DNA of 64,000 nt. Source: Blasia pusilla (taxonomy: Eukaryota). The notes beneath the pieces were generated by a model, which saw only the letters and a list, made by a program, of their open reading frames with translations, did not search any database and was not told the DNA's origin. Where the stretch lies: assembly GCA_050084515.1 (NCBI GenBank), contig CM114271.1, forward strand, positions 9,734,001 to 9,798,000, in the 5' to 3' direction. A program made the translations under genes and the position numbers. This document shows, in pieces, positions 1-13,228 of this stretch. Each line of letters starts with the position of its first letter. The stretch's first letter is position 1.

Positions 1-1070
1 CGCCATGAACCTGTGATTTCCATCCCAGATGAAGAAATACAGATTCCTCATCCAGCTGAATTCCGTGCCCTCTACTTGCCTTCTGAAATCCTGGTCTCTC
101 ATCCTCCAGAATGTGTCAATCTTTTCCAAGTCCTCCTCCGTAACCAGGGCTTGGGTTCCATGCTCGTCGTAAGGCTGAACATAGAAGGGAGGAAAGCTAT
201 CGACGTAGGATGTTGTCTCCGCCGATTGTTTAAGCTTCGCGATGTCTTGGTCGGACTGAATTTTGCGGACGTATTCCATTGTCTGCAATCGGCAGAGTGG
301 AATCCTCAGGGCGTTGTGGCCCTCCATGAGTGCCATCTGCTTTACCACCTGTCAGAACCGGGACAAGATCAATAAGCTACACTGAATTCCCAATGAATTG
401 CAATTCACATAATTAAAAAAATCCAGATCCTCTCGTACCCGCTCGAAAATTGGGTCGGTTTCTTGACCAGCCAACTTGTCTGAGAAAATCTGGAAGCTGG
501 AAAATCGACTGGGAACTCGTCGATCCAATAGAGGTCGATGTCTTCCGCCGCGCTTGAAGACGAGAATGACCGCTCTCCGGATTCTTCAGCAATGTCCACC
601 ATCTCCACGCTGGCGGTCCTCATGACCTCATCGTCCGTGATTTGAACTTTTGGCATTTCCGCTATGTTGATTGTGTCCCCGGACTTCATCGGGGACATTT
701 CCCGCATCTCAACACTTTCGGTTGGACGGGCAGGGCTGTTGTCAATGGCTATCGCTTTTTCCCTCCTCGCTTTAGCCAAGTCTGCTCTCCTCACCGACGC
801 GTCCAGATGCTTCTTTTCTCTCTTTTCGTCGGCGATCCTTTTCTTCAAGGCCTTCGTCGTCTCAGCCTCTGCGTTCTGTCTATCGAGCGTCTCTTGAACA
901 CGTCTCGCAAGAAGCTTCTAGTTGTGCATCTCCGCTTCCCTTTCCCGCTCCTCGATTTCCTGTTGCCTAATTTCATTTGCGTTTAACGAGGCCTCGGAGA
1001 TCTTGACGCAGAGTCCTAATGGACTTCGAGTGAAACTCCGCACTTGTTTGCTGTGATTTTTCCACGTCAT
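1..1070 (-). pseudogene. Gene B (ParB-like/MTase-like accessory gene), exons 1-2, frameshifted; runs off the window edge
   Basis: ATG at 1070; ORF 405-848 matches the other gene B copies; FFIWDGNHRFMA encoded at ~1-36. Confidence 0.85.
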
Positions 1071-1553
1071 TTTTTCCGGAAATGCCTCCACCTATGTCCA
1101 CGATGAATCGCTTGATCAGTCGCCTTGCTGATGTCGAGATGAGTCGCCTTGATGGGTAGCTCGAATCGTCTCGCGATCATTCAGTCGAACCGTCTCGCTC
1201 TCGTTCGGTCGAACCGTCTCGCTCTCGTTCCCTCGTATCGACTCGCGATGACTCGCCGTGTGAAACGCCCCTTGGTATCTGATCAGCTGCTGCGCGGGAG
1301 AGAGAGGAATGGAGATCGCGAAATGAGAAACCGGAAATGAGCGATTTAGGCCCTATTTATACTTTTCTAGCCGTTGGGCTGACTGTTGGGTCCCGTCGTC
1401 CTTTTGACGGCGACGTGCCGGAGGTTACGGAAGTCCGGACGTGAAAAATGGCAACCCGTCGGAGTCCGACAGTTTGCGCGCCTCCGCCGTCCTGGGTACG
1501 TCGCCACGTGCGGAAGAAACCCGTTGGAGACCGATGGGTTGAGCACCTCTGCC
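1..1553 (-). mobile_element. MULE-like element copy 0 (fragment: 5' part of gene B plus promoter), inverted relative to copy 1
   Basis: Reverse complement of the 5832-7290 / 60160-61690 segment; breaks at ~1553 (gagcacctctgcc|aatacatcc) into transposase 3' sequence. Confidence 0.9.
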
Positions 1554-4500
1554 AATACATCCTTCCTATTCCATTGCCACTCAAGACATCTTTCGTGGCG
1601 ATGATCTCCATTTTTGCCTCCCGAGCTGATGCAATTCATTTTGCTCTCTCCACCGTTGGCCTGCACATTCTGTTTCTCTTCACCCCATTTCTAGACTCAA
1701 ACAGAAATAATGGATTGAGATCATCCACCTTCTCCGGGTACATGTTGACATCAATGCTGGGTTGAATACGAAATGCGAAGGTCTCTGTAATGCGAACTTG
1801 TAAGATTGTCCACTTCGTCTTGAGTGCAGTTCGTACCTGCGGCAATGGGCCAAATCATGGGGGTATTCCCGGGAGCTCCAATGGCAGCCGGATAAGACTT
1901 CCGGAAAGCGCAAGATTCATTTGGGCAGAAGAAGTACTTCAATTGATCCCCGGTCCTCGTGAAACGATCAAAGGTTTTGAGTCCCCAAAACCCAGGCAGT
2001 GGTCATCCAGTCCTTGTACAGTTCTTATTTAGGAAAGTGCCGCATGCTCTCCTAATGCCATCAGATCTTGCCCTGCAAGTGGGTCCACGTCCTGGGTTGC
2101 TCCGAGATATATGCCATCGTTTTAGGTTGCAATCCACCTCCATTACCGGAATCCCATATTGTTGAACCACCCCAGTGATAGGATGTTGCGAACTTCCAGC
2201 AACGGAGGTCTTTTGAAATAAAACATTCACTGATTTTGGAGAAGTAACTCCATCACGGATTTGGGACGGGTTTGGGGTCCCTGAATACCTGGGCGGCGTA
2301 ATTTCCTCATCCAAATCAATCACCGGATTCGTTCCTTGATGTTGCCTCTTCACCTGCCTGAAGTCAAGATACTTATCTGGTCTCCATGAGTCTCGCTCGG
2401 ACTGCTCTACCACCATATGTATGGGAAGTCTTGAAACCCACCCACGAATATCCCCACCAATGTGTACGTCTTGCTCGAGTGGAGTTCCAGCTACGCACCG
2501 GTTGAAGGCTTCCACATACATTTTTTCATCACCAGATCTCACATCCGCCTTGACATAGAGCTCGTAGATCAACGGCCCCTTTCCTTTTGTTATGCCTTTT
2601 GTGAGGAAGATATGGGATGCTGCACACTATAGCATTGCTCTTGCCTGGTCTTGTTGGCATGCTTGTGACGACCTCCAGGAGGAATGAACACTTTTTGCTC
2701 CACTTGTGTTGGGGCAGAGGGCTTTTTCATGAACGTTCAATCCCTGCAACGACGGCAATGTTAGAAGGGAACAAAAATAACTCAGGAGTCAAAGAAATAA
2801 GCAACCTGTCGGAACCAGACGGGTTGCAAGCCCGAGGCATCCCATGAACGACTCTGCGACCCGTCGGGTCCCGACGTGTTGTAACCTTAAATCCACCTAC
2901 TACAACCCGTCGGAACCTGACGGGTTGCAAGGCCGAGGCATCCCATGAATGACTGTGTGACCCGTCGGGTCCCGACAGGTTGCACACTCCCGTTGCACCA
3001 AAAATCTGGATGCAACCCGACGGTTTCCGCTGGTTGCACACTCGGGCAACCCGTCGCATCCGATAGCTTGCTTGGTTTCTTGGGTTTGAAATCCATATAG
3101 CTCCCACGCTTCTCACCCTGAGCTACAACTTTACAAACAATTCTCAGCGTGAGCTTGACAAGAAAAAATAGTGAACTCACCTGCCGCATGAAGTTTCCCC
3201 ATTGTCTCATACGTACACTCCACCAACTCAACCAAGAGCACAACGCTTTGTACTTCCCCTCAATCGAATGCTTCCTCCACCATCCATGAAGTTCTTCCTG
3301 GCATTCCATGGCTTGCTTCAAGGTTTTGTTGTCCTTGCAGCGTTGGAGTAGAGTGACATGCTCTGTCCTCTTATTCTCCTTGATGCAAGATTTGGTGTAC
3401 CGGGTCACAGACTGTTGCCAATTGAAAGCATCCGACCTTTCCCTCTCCGGTTGAACCTCTCCACCCAAGAACACTTCCCAAATAGCAATCCATCCAGGTT
3501 GTGCATTGTCTGCCATGAACCCATAAATTTCCGGAGGTGGCCTTTTGTTTTCCTTCACCACCTCCAATAAGAGTAACCAACACATCTTCAAACTGCCAAC
3601 GTCTTCTGCCTTTACTTCACAGACAAATATAGTTTTGAGTCCCTTCTCCACATGGTCATAAACGTGAGCACCCATCGTCAACCATCCGTTCAACACTCTG
3701 TAGCAAATATCAAAGCTTACCCAGCTCCCGTAAAGATCTTCCCCTTCCCTCATTCGATCTATAAGATCGAGGCCACTCGACGGACCTGTGGTTGACATTT
3801 TGAAGACATAGGCCCTAGATCCCTCGCCTCCTTGGCCCATGAATTGCCATCTCTGAATGAATGGAAATCTGGAGTTGGCCTTGATTTTGGCAATGGCATC
3901 CATTTTGGCCGTCTTTCCATCCATAACTCGTATTTGACGCAGCAAATTTCGGAAGCATTTAGGATCAGCGAGAAATGCGAGATTTTCCCTGAGTTGTTTC
4001 TCCTCAACCGCCGTGATCTCGCCCTGTCCAGGGATTCCAAGAAATTGTTCACAAATTTGTGATGTCGTTGTGAGCTTGATCACTCCAGGCTTTGAACCCG
4101 GAGAGTTTCTGTAGACCTCGGCTACTTTCTTCGCCACATCCTCCTTGATGTGTCTTTGAATTGCATCGGTCACACGATGAGTGTGGGAGCCAACATGAAC
4201 TACCAACCTTGTATACTCTGACGTGGAGCCCAAGTCGTGGACAATGAAAAATATGTATGCAGGACATGCTCCAACGTAGAAGGGCGATGCCTGACAATGA
4301 GGACATCGATGGCCTCCCGGCGGTATGGTGGCACCGATCTCGTATGGAGTTTCTGCATTCTTGGGAGGGAATTGCGACGTATTGACTCGCCCGTTGCGCT
4401 CTAGATACGGGCATGCTGGACTTCTACACTCCAAGGCTCCCACGCATTGGTGGCGGGAGACAATCCAAGGACCATATGGAATGGAAGCACTAGTCCGTTG

Positions 4501-5188
4501 AAGCGTGCACCATCGATGATAGTCAGACTTTCTGTCCATACCCTTCAGGCGTCCTCCATCCTTCTTTTGAGCAGGAGCAGCAAGTGGAAGCAACTAAAAA
4601 ATGCAATAACCATCGTACGTGGGCGGAAGCTTGTCAACAAGAATGTGCTTGAACATTTTCAAGGCCAGAGACAAAAGCAAACTATTGCCTGATACTCGCA
4701 AGAGGAACCAGTAGGCGGACAGAGGGCCCGATTGGTGTCCGCAGATCCATCGAGGTTGATAACATCCGGAATCTCTTCGGGAAGAACAACATTGTTCTGG
4801 CGTCACGGTTGGAGTCGGCCGGATCTGCAGAGCTCGAAGTTGCAAACGAGAGCTCGGAGCACTAGGAAATTCTAGACCGTCTACTTGGGAAACAGACGAG
4901 GTCAAAGGGTGCAATAAACTCAGTATTGACCATTTGCTAGAGGTAGGAGATTCCATACTTTCTGATCTGAGGTCACTTTGGTGGACTGTCTCACCTATTA
5001 TGTCTTATGTACCGTCCACCTAACATCTTTGGATACAAAGATGGTTCCAATTTGAGAAGAAATCGAGCATGAGACGAAAAATTTTCATCCACTACTATGA
5101 AAGACTCACGAGCTTGGGGTCGAATGATTTCTGATTGAGGAAGGGCCGCCAGATGACTGCCACAAGTGAGCTTAACATGATTATCCAT
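1554..5188 (-). pseudogene. Mutator-like DDE transposase with GCM/WRKY-like Zn domain; one intron 2744-3180
   Basis: CVGALECRSPAC...CPHC...CPA...HVGSHTH; D1 in SFDICY, D2 in FMADNA, DAF(N/H)W at the CxxH position, E position in TSGA(K/E)SVH (Lys in this copy); phase-0 GTGAGT...TTGCAG intron; frameshifts. Confidence 0.85.
2810..3072. repeat. Palindrome cluster (GCAACCCGTCG-N5-CGACGGGTTGC) in the transposase intron
   Basis: About six degenerate copies, confined to the intron 2744-3180. Confidence 0.9.
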
Positions 5189-6318
5189 TCCAAGAAGATT
5201 CCAACTGGAGGACACTGAGAATGAGAATGAGAATGAGAATGAGAATTTTTAATTTATAGTGAATAGGAAAACAGATACTCCTGACAGATTTTTACTGACA
5301 AGATGAATTCGGTGGGTGACATTGTCTGACACAATGGATCCAATTCTCTAACACATTCAGTTCTGTTCCAATATGTTACTGGATTTGGGAAGCAGAGGGT
5401 TGCGAATCACACTTGGAACCCGTCGGAGTCGTGGTAACTCAAAATTACCCGGCTAACGGCGCAACCCGTCGGCCGGATCGTTGCACGTCGCCAAACATTG
5501 TCGAAGCGAGCAACCCGTCGCTCTCCGACGAATTGCTCAGATACCGCTCCTTCTTGCTCGAAGATTCCGGAGGCGTGCAACCCGTCCCCCTCCAACGGGT
5601 TGCGCAAGGGCCTCACCTTGTGGTGCTTACATGAAGTGTGCAACTAGCCGGACTCCGACGACTTGCACGGGAAGCCCACGTTCTTAACCCTTGATGAGGG
5701 AATCGTGCAACCCAACGGCGGTCTCGACGGATTTTCTGGTACGCCCGTTCCGCCCCAAACACGGCGGAGGCGCGCAACATGTCGGTCTCCGACGGGTTGC
5801 GCGGGTTCCTCGCGTTCTTTTCCGAAGACGACGGAGGCGCTCAACCCGTTGGTCTCTGACGGGTTGCTCACGCACGTGGCGACGTACCCAGAATGGCGGA
5901 GGCGCGCAACCTGTGAGACTCCGATGGGTTGCCATTTTTCACCTCCAGACTTCCGTAACCTCCGGCATGTCGCCGTCGAAAGGACGACGGGACTCAACGG
6001 TCAGCCCAACGGCTAAAAAAGTATAAATAGGGCAGAAATTGCTCATTTCTGGTTTCTCATTTCACGATCTTCATTCCTCGATCTCTCAAAGAAATTGATC
6101 GATCTGAAGGGGCGTTTCACACGGCGACACATCGCGAGTCGATAGGAGGGAACGAGAGCGAGACGGTTCGACCGAACGACAGCAAGACGGATTGACTGAA
6201 CGATCGCGGGACGATTCGAGCTACCCATCAAGGCAATTCAAGCTTCCCATCTCGACATCAGCAAGGCGACTGATCAAGGGATTCGTCGTGGACATAGGTG
6301 GAGGCATTTCCAGAAAAA
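5189..6318. promoter_or_regulatory. Divergent promoter region between transposase and gene B, with palindrome cluster
   Basis: TATAAATA at 6022-6029 (also 60350-60357 and, reversed, 1354-1361); reverse-strand TATAAA near 5252-5257 beside (GAGAAT)n; multiple palindromes at 5417-5932. Confidence 0.65.
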
Positions 6319-7290
6319 ATGACGAGGAAAAAATCACAAGCCAAAAAGTCTGGGAGCTTCACTCCGAAGTCTATTAGGACTCCTGCGTCAGCATCTCCTG
6401 GGCCTCGTTCGGCGAATGAAATTAGGCAGCAGGAAATCGAGGAGCGGGAAAGGGAAGCGGAGATGCACAACCAAGTGCTTCTTGCGAGACATGTTCAAGA
6501 GGCGCTCGATAAACAGAACGCAGAGGTTGAGACGTTGCAGGCCTTGAAGAAAAGGATCGCCAACGAAAAGAGAGAAAAGAAGCGTCTGGACGCGTCGGTG
6601 ATGAGGGCAGAATTGGCTAAAGCGAGGAGGGAAAAAGCGATAGCCATTGACGATAGCCCTGCCCGTCCAACCAAAAGTGTTGAGATGCGGGAAATGTCCC
6701 CCATGAAGTCCAGGGACACAATCAACATAGTGGAAACGCTAGAAGTTGAAATCGATGACGACGAGGTCATGAGGAACGCCAGCGTGGAGATGGTGGACAT
6801 GGCCGAAGAAGCCGAAGAGCAGTCATTCTCGACTCCAAGCCCGGCGGAGGACATCGACCTCTATCGGATCGACGAGTTCCCAATCGATTTGCCAGCTTCT
6901 GTCAAGAAACCGACCCCATTTTCGAGCGGGTAAGAGAGGATCTGGGTTTTTTGAATTATGTGAATTGCAATTCATTGGGGATTCAGTGTAGCTTATTCAT
7001 CTTGTCCCGGTTCTGACAGGTGGTAAAGCAGATGGCACTCATGGAGGGCCACAACGCCCCGAGGATTCCACTCTGCCGATTGCGGACAATGGAATACGTC
7101 CGCGAAATTCAGTCCGACGAGGACATCGCGAAGCTTAAACAATCGGCAGAGACAACATCCTACGTCGACAGCTTTCCTCCCTTCTATGTTCAGCCTTACG
7201 ACGAGCATGGAACCCAAGCTCTGGTTAAGGAGGAGGACTTGGAAAAGCTCGACACATTCTGGAGGATGCGAGACGAGGATTTCAGAAGGC
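6319..7290 (+). pseudogene. Gene B exon 1, intron 1 (6930-7019) and partial exon 2
   Basis: MTRKKSQ... charged, coiled-coil-like N-terminus; GTAAGAG...TGACAG intron conserved in all copies; truncated before WDGNHR. Confidence 0.85.
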
Positions 7291-8262
7291 TAAATGTCTA
7301 AGTGTAAATAAGAAACACTTAGACATTACATATAGTCGAAGACTTTTTTGGCGCCGCTGCCGGGGAAATTTCGACCACCCCAAGGAGAGACGCCACTGAC
7401 TGCTTGATGAGCCGCTTCAAGACCTGATTCGGCGGCGCCAAAAAAGTCTTCGACTATATGTAATGTCTAAGTGTTTCTTATTTACAGTCAATTGTAGAGT
7501 TCGATCCCCAAGAGGATCATTGTTGGATGAAAAGAGAGTATAAAGTGATTATTATGTTGTAAAAGTAGTGTGGTTGATTATGTAATTCAAATGTAGTATT
7601 CGAGTTACATCTTCCGATCCTTTTTAGTACCTATGTTTTCTTCTTCAATTCTCTCGAGTGGAATTTAAAGTACGCTCAGGAAATTTGTTCTCTCGACATC
7701 TTGGAACTTCACAGAGACCTCAAGAATAAAGTTGGCTTCTCCTACTTTCGGAACTTAATCCGTCTGGGCAGGTTACTTTCTATCAAACAGATTTCATACA
7801 ACTCTATGTTGATTATTCCATTGATGAGAAAGGTTCGCCTGATTCATTCTTCACTCGGCAGATCCAAAAAGAATATTCAGACATAAGCCTCGCACATCAG
7901 AATGAATGAATAAGTGCTTTACTACTCCATCAAGAATTGGAAGACTTCAAAGTATATACAAGCTCGAGAGGGTACAACTTTCTTGCTCGGACCATTCCTA
8001 CAGCATAAGGACTTCATGAGCGAATGATCATGATAGCTTCTGTCTTGTTTCTTAAATATTCTCGAGAGTAGGAGCGTTTCTATGATCCGAAGCGTTCTTG
8101 ATGAAGTTGGTGTCTCTTCAATATCTATAACTACCTAGATCTATGGTGTGCGTTCCTTTTCCTATGATCCCTGTGAATCCGCGGTACAAACCATAATGTA
8201 CAAGAGTCTTTGTTCAATAAAAAAATACATTTCTTCCAAAGTACAAAATTGTGGGTATCACA
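7291..8262 (-). mobile_element. Internally deleted LTR of Athila-like family A with a fold-back LTR-end/PBS junction
   Basis: Ends ...GTGGGTATCACA at 8262 (reverse complement of LTR start TGTGATACCCAC at 32188); PBS TGGCGCCGCTGCCGGGGA at 7349-7366 and an inverted partial copy at ~7432-7440. Confidence 0.9.
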
Positions 8263-9186
8263 TTGTTTTTTGCCGAAAGCAACTCGTCGGACTCGACGGG
8301 TTGCTCGACTCGACGCTTTTTCGGATGTTTTTAAGAATGCAACTCGTCGAAATCCGACGAGTTGTTCGATTGACCACAGATTTAATTAGTTTTTGGCCCA
8401 AAGCAAACCGTCGGAGTCCGACGGGTTGCTCGACTCGCCGCCTTGTCAGGATGTTTTTTTGAAGAATGCAACTCGTCAGACTGCGACGAGTTGTTTGACT
8501 GACTGCAGGTTTAGAATGTTTTTTGCCCAAAGCAACCCGTCGGAGTACGACGGGTTGCTTGCCTCGAAGCTGTTTTTGGCCAAAATCAACCTGTCAGAGT
8601 CCGACGGGTTGCATTCGGAAGTTGGTTCCCCAAATTTTGCGTCAAATTGTAGGTTTCCATTCAATTGCGCAACCTGTCAGACTCCGACGGGTTGCTATGT
8701 TCACGTTAGTATATTTAGTTGCACAACCCGTCGGAGTCCGACGGGTTGAAACCAGGCATTAGCAAATCTGAATGCAATCCGTCGGACTCCGACGGGTTGC
8801 ATCATTTAGCTCGTTGCTAGAATCCGACCTTGAGCTGTGACGACCCGTCGGAGTCCGACGGGTTGCAGGAACCCATGTAATTTCCTGACGGGTTCAGTTT
8901 GGATGTGCAAGATTGTATCGGAGGGGAATGTCACCCACCACTGGATCCAGGATTGCGATCGGGTGAGGAAGGTGCTTACGACGCACCCGGGAGAGTACAG
9001 GGGGTTCTTGTGCGATGCCCTTGTCAATCAGATGCTTGCAAAGGGTGCTCAGATTAAAAAGAAAACTTGGGCAAATAAGTTTATTTCCCAAGATGCAGCC
9101 GTAACCATCCTTTGCTGGTCGAAGATACAGGCCGCGAAGAAGAGCGCTGCACTGGAGTTGGAGCGGAGGGAGAAGGTATCTGCGTC
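8263..9186 (+). mobile_element. MULE-like element fragment: gene B intron 2 (palindrome array) and start of exon 3
   Basis: Colinear with 61950-62875; about ten palindromes at 8279-8866; IVSEGNVTHHWIQDCDRVRK coding. Confidence 0.9.
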
Positions 9187-9589
9187 GAGGTGCGGTAAGA
9201 GGAGAGGAAGAGAGGAAGAGAGGAGAGAGGAGAGAGGAAACTACCTTCAACCGAAATAGATAATTTTTTTTGAAGAGAGTTTCCGTTGGGTTTAAGAGAG
9301 GAAACTTTTTGTGTGAATATTTTTGCACTTTTTTGTTCATTTATTAAACAATCCCACAGTTTTTTTTTCCTCTTCCATATTTTGGCAACCCCTGTGAGTC
9401 CGACGAGTTGCAAATTGCACAAAATTTAGAAAATTGAAAAATCAGTGGAATCATAAGTGTGGAACCAATCACTTTTTCCATCCAAGGTCTGGAAAAAATC
9501 TATCATTTTCCCCGGGCTGAAAAGAGTTCAAGCTCAAAGTGAAGGTTGAGGAAAAATAAAAGTACAATCTAAAACCTCATTTTGCATCC

Positions 9590-12500
9590 TCAAAGTGGTT
9601 TGTTTAAAATACTTCGCACTTCTTTGAGGGATGGGGTGGTTGGTGGATTCCTACTCCTACCTCCGACTCTCTTAAAACTACCAGCAACACATAGTACATG
9701 TGCTTACAAGGGAAATACCTTTTGCCACTTGTCTCTCTTTGGACAAAGTCATCACATCAACATGTGGGAAAGCAACAAATGTGCACCACATACACCCCTG
9801 TGACACTTGAATTTACAGTGTTGATCCTGACCCAATACATCCTTCCTATTCGATTGCCACTCAAGACATCTTTCGTGGCGATGATCTCCATTTTTGCCTC
9901 CCGAGCTGATGCAATTCGCTTTGCTCTCTCCACCGTTGGCCTACACATTCTGTTTCTCTTCACCCCATTTCTAGACTCAAACAGAAATAATGGATTAAGA
10001 TCATCCACTTTCTCCGGGTACATGTTGACATCAATCTTGGGTTGAATACGAAATGCGAAGGTCTCTGTAATGCGAACATGCTCCGAACTTCCCCCGTCTA
10101 CGAGTTTGAAACCGGCACTTGTAAGATTGTCCACTTCGTCTTGAGTGCAGTTTGAGCGATGGGCCAAATCGTGGGGGTATTCCCCGGAGCTCCAATCGCA
10201 GCCGAATAAGACTTCCGAAAAGCGCAAGATTCATTTGGGCAGAAGAAGTACTTCAATTGATCCCCGGTCCTCGTGAAACGATCAAAGGTTTTGAGTCCCC
10301 AAAACCCAGGCAGAGGTCGTCCAGTCCTTGTACAGTTCTTATTTAGGAAAGTGCCGCATGCTCTCCTAATGCCATCAGATCCTGCCCTGCAAGTGGGTCC
10401 ACGTCCTGGGTTGCTCCGAGATATATGCCACCATTTTAGGTTGCAATCCACCTCCATTACTGGAATCCCATATTGTTGAACCACCCCAATGACAAGATGT
10501 TGCGAACTTCCAGCAACGGAGGGCTTTTGAAATAAAAGATTCACTGATTTTGGAGAAGTAACTCCATCACGGATTTGGGACGGGTCCGGGGTCCCCGAAT
10601 TCCTGGGCGGTGTAATTTCCTCATCCAAATCAATCACCGGATTCATTCCTCGATGTTGCCTCTTCACCTGCCTGAAGTCAAGATACTTATCTGGTCTCCA
10701 CGAGTCTCGTTCGGATCGCTCTACCACCATCCAGTATGGGGACGTCTTGAAACCCGCCAGAATATCCCCACCAATGTGTACGTCTTGCTCGAGTGGAGTT
10801 CCAGCTACGCACCGGTTGAAGGCTTCGACATACAATTTTTCATCACCAGATCTCACAGCCGCCCTGACATAGAGCTCGTAGATCGACGGCCCTTTTCCTT
10901 TTGTTATGCCTTTTGTGAGAAAGATATGGGATGCTGCAGACTGTAGCATTGCTCTTGCCTGGTCTTGTTGGCATGCCTCCACAAGTGAAATTCGTTGGCA
11001 TGCTTGTGACGACCTCCAAGAGGAATGAACACTTTCTGCTCCACTTGTGTTGGGGCAGAGGGCATTTTCATGAACGTTCAATCCCTGCAACGACGGCAAT
11101 GTTAGAAGGGAACGAAAATAACCCATGAGTCAAAAAAATAAGCGACCCGTCGGAACCAGACGGGTTGAAGGCCCGAGTCATCCCATGAACGACTCTGCGA
11201 CCCGTCGGGTCCCGACGTGTTGTAACCTTAAACCCACCTACTACAACCCGTCGGAACCTGACGGGTTGCAAGGCCGAGGCATCCCATGAACGACTCTGTG
11301 ACCCGTCGAGTCCCTCGGGACGACACCAAACATCTGGATGCAACCCGTCGGTTTCCGTCGGGTTGCACCCTTGGGCAACCCGTCGATTTCCGTCAGGTTG
11401 CACACTCGGGCAACCCGTCGGTTTCCGTCGAGTTGCACACTCGGGCAACCCGTGGGTTTCCGTCGGGTTGCACACTCGGGCAACCCGTCGCATCCGACAG
11501 CTTGCTTGGTTTCTTGGGTTTGAAATCCATATCATTCCCACGCTTCTCACCCTAAGCTACAACTTTACAAACAATTCTCAGCGTGAGCTTGACAAGACAA
11601 AATAGTGAACTCACCTGCCGCATGAAGTTTCCCCATTGTCTCATACGTACAGTCCACCAACTCAACCAAGAGCACAACTCTTTGTACTTCCCCTCAATCG
11701 CATGCTTCCTCCACCACCCATGAAGTTCTTCCTTGCACTCCATGGCCTGCTTCAAGGTTTTGCTGTCCTTGCAGCGTTGGAGTAGAGTGACATGCTCTGT
11801 CCTCTTATTCTCCTTGATGCAAGATTTGGTGTACCGGGTCACAGACTGTTGCCAATTGAAAGCATCCGACCTTTCCCTTTCAGGTTGAACCTCTCCAGCC
11901 CAGAACACTTCCCAAATAGCAATCCACCCAGGTTGTGCATTGTCCGCCATGAACCCATAAATTTCTGGAGGTGGCCTTTTGTTTTCCTTCACCACCTCCA
12001 ATAAGAGTAACCAACACATCTTCAAACTCCCAACATCTTCTGCCTTTACTTCACACACAAATATAGTTTTGAGTCCCTTCTCCACATGGTCATAAACGTG
12101 AGCACCCATTGTCAACCATCCGTTCAGCACTCTGTAGCAAATATCAAAGCTTACCCAGCTCCCGTAAAGATCTTCCCCTTCCCTCATTCGATCTATAAGA
12201 TCGAGGCCACTCGACGGACCTGTGGTTGACATTTTGAAGACATAGGCCCTGGATCCCTCGCCTCCTTGGCCCATGAACTGCCATCTCTGAATGAATGGAA
12301 ATCTGGAGTTGGCCTTGATTCTGGCGATGGCATCCATTTCGGCCGTCTTTCCATCCTGAACTCGTATCTGACGCAAAAAATTTCGGAAGCATTCAGGATC
12401 AGCGAGAAATGCGAGATTTTCCCATAGTTGTTTCTCCTCAACCGCCGTGATCTCGCCCTGTCCAGCGATTCCAAGCAATTGTTCACAAATTTGTGATGCC

Positions 12501-13087
12501 GTTGTGAGCTTGATTACCCCGGGCTTTGAACCCGGAGAGTTTCTGAAGACCTCGGCTACTTTCTTCGCCACATCCTCCTTGATGTGTCTTTGAATTGCAT
12601 CGGTCACAGGATGAGTGTGGGAGCCAACATGAACTGCCAGCCTTGTATCCGCTTAGGTTGATAACATCCGGAATCTCTTCAATAAGAACAACATTGTTAC
12701 GAGTGTGCGAAGTTGGAGTCGAAGCCGGATCTGCAGAGCTTGGAGTTGCAAACGTAGAGCTCAGAGCACTAGGAAATTCTAGACCGTCTACTTGGGAAAC
12801 AGACGAATTCAAGGGCAGGCCGTAAACTCTGTATTGACCATTTGCGCGGTGTAGGAGATTCCATACTTTACTGATCGAGGTCACTGGCTGGACCGTCTCA
12901 CCTATTATGTCTTCGTACCTTCCACCTAATATCTTTGGATACAAAGATGGTTCCAATTGAAGAAGAAATCGAAGACAGAAAATTTTCATCCTTTGCTACG
13001 AAAGACTCACGAGCTTGGGGTCGAATGATTTTGATTGAGGAAGGGCCATGGATGACTGCCACAAGTGAGCTTAACATAATTATCCAT
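9590..13087 (-). pseudogene. Mutator-like transposase with C-terminal SWIM finger; intron 11085-11614; GCM-like domain deleted
   Basis: SFDICY / FMADNA / TSGAESVH triad intact; SWIM-type CxC...CKH remnant at ~9700-9765; stop at 9590. Confidence 0.85.
11340..11506. repeat. 35-bp tandem expansion of the palindrome unit in the transposase intron
   Basis: Unit starts at 11340, 11375, 11410, 11445, 11480. Confidence 0.9.
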
Positions 13088-13228
13088 TCCAAGAAGATTC
13101 CTACGGGAGGAGATTGAGAATGAGAATGAGAATGAGAATATTTAATTTATAGTGAATAGGAAACAGATACTCCTGACAGATTTTTACTGACAAGATGAAT
13201 TCAATGGGGGAGATTGTCTGACACAATG

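Larger units (their letters stand above)
1554..7290. mobile_element. MULE-like element copy 1 (transposase lacking SWIM end, promoter, 5' part of gene B)
   Basis: Colinear with copy E (55670-61630); truncated on the right by an LTR/PBS fragment at ~7291. Confidence 0.9.

Noticed and set aside
2887-4593. Host GCM or FAR1-type transcription factor gene
   Set aside because: Multiple degenerate, nested copies with DDE and SWIM motifs indicate a transposon, not a domesticated single-copy gene
8148-8762. Short ORFs with repeated ATRRSPTGC, QPVGLRRVA or NPSESDGL peptides (also 5400-6030, 11068-11605, 50044-50940, 59555-60344)
   Set aside because: Translations of the stop-free palindrome in three frames on both strands; they lie in introns or promoters
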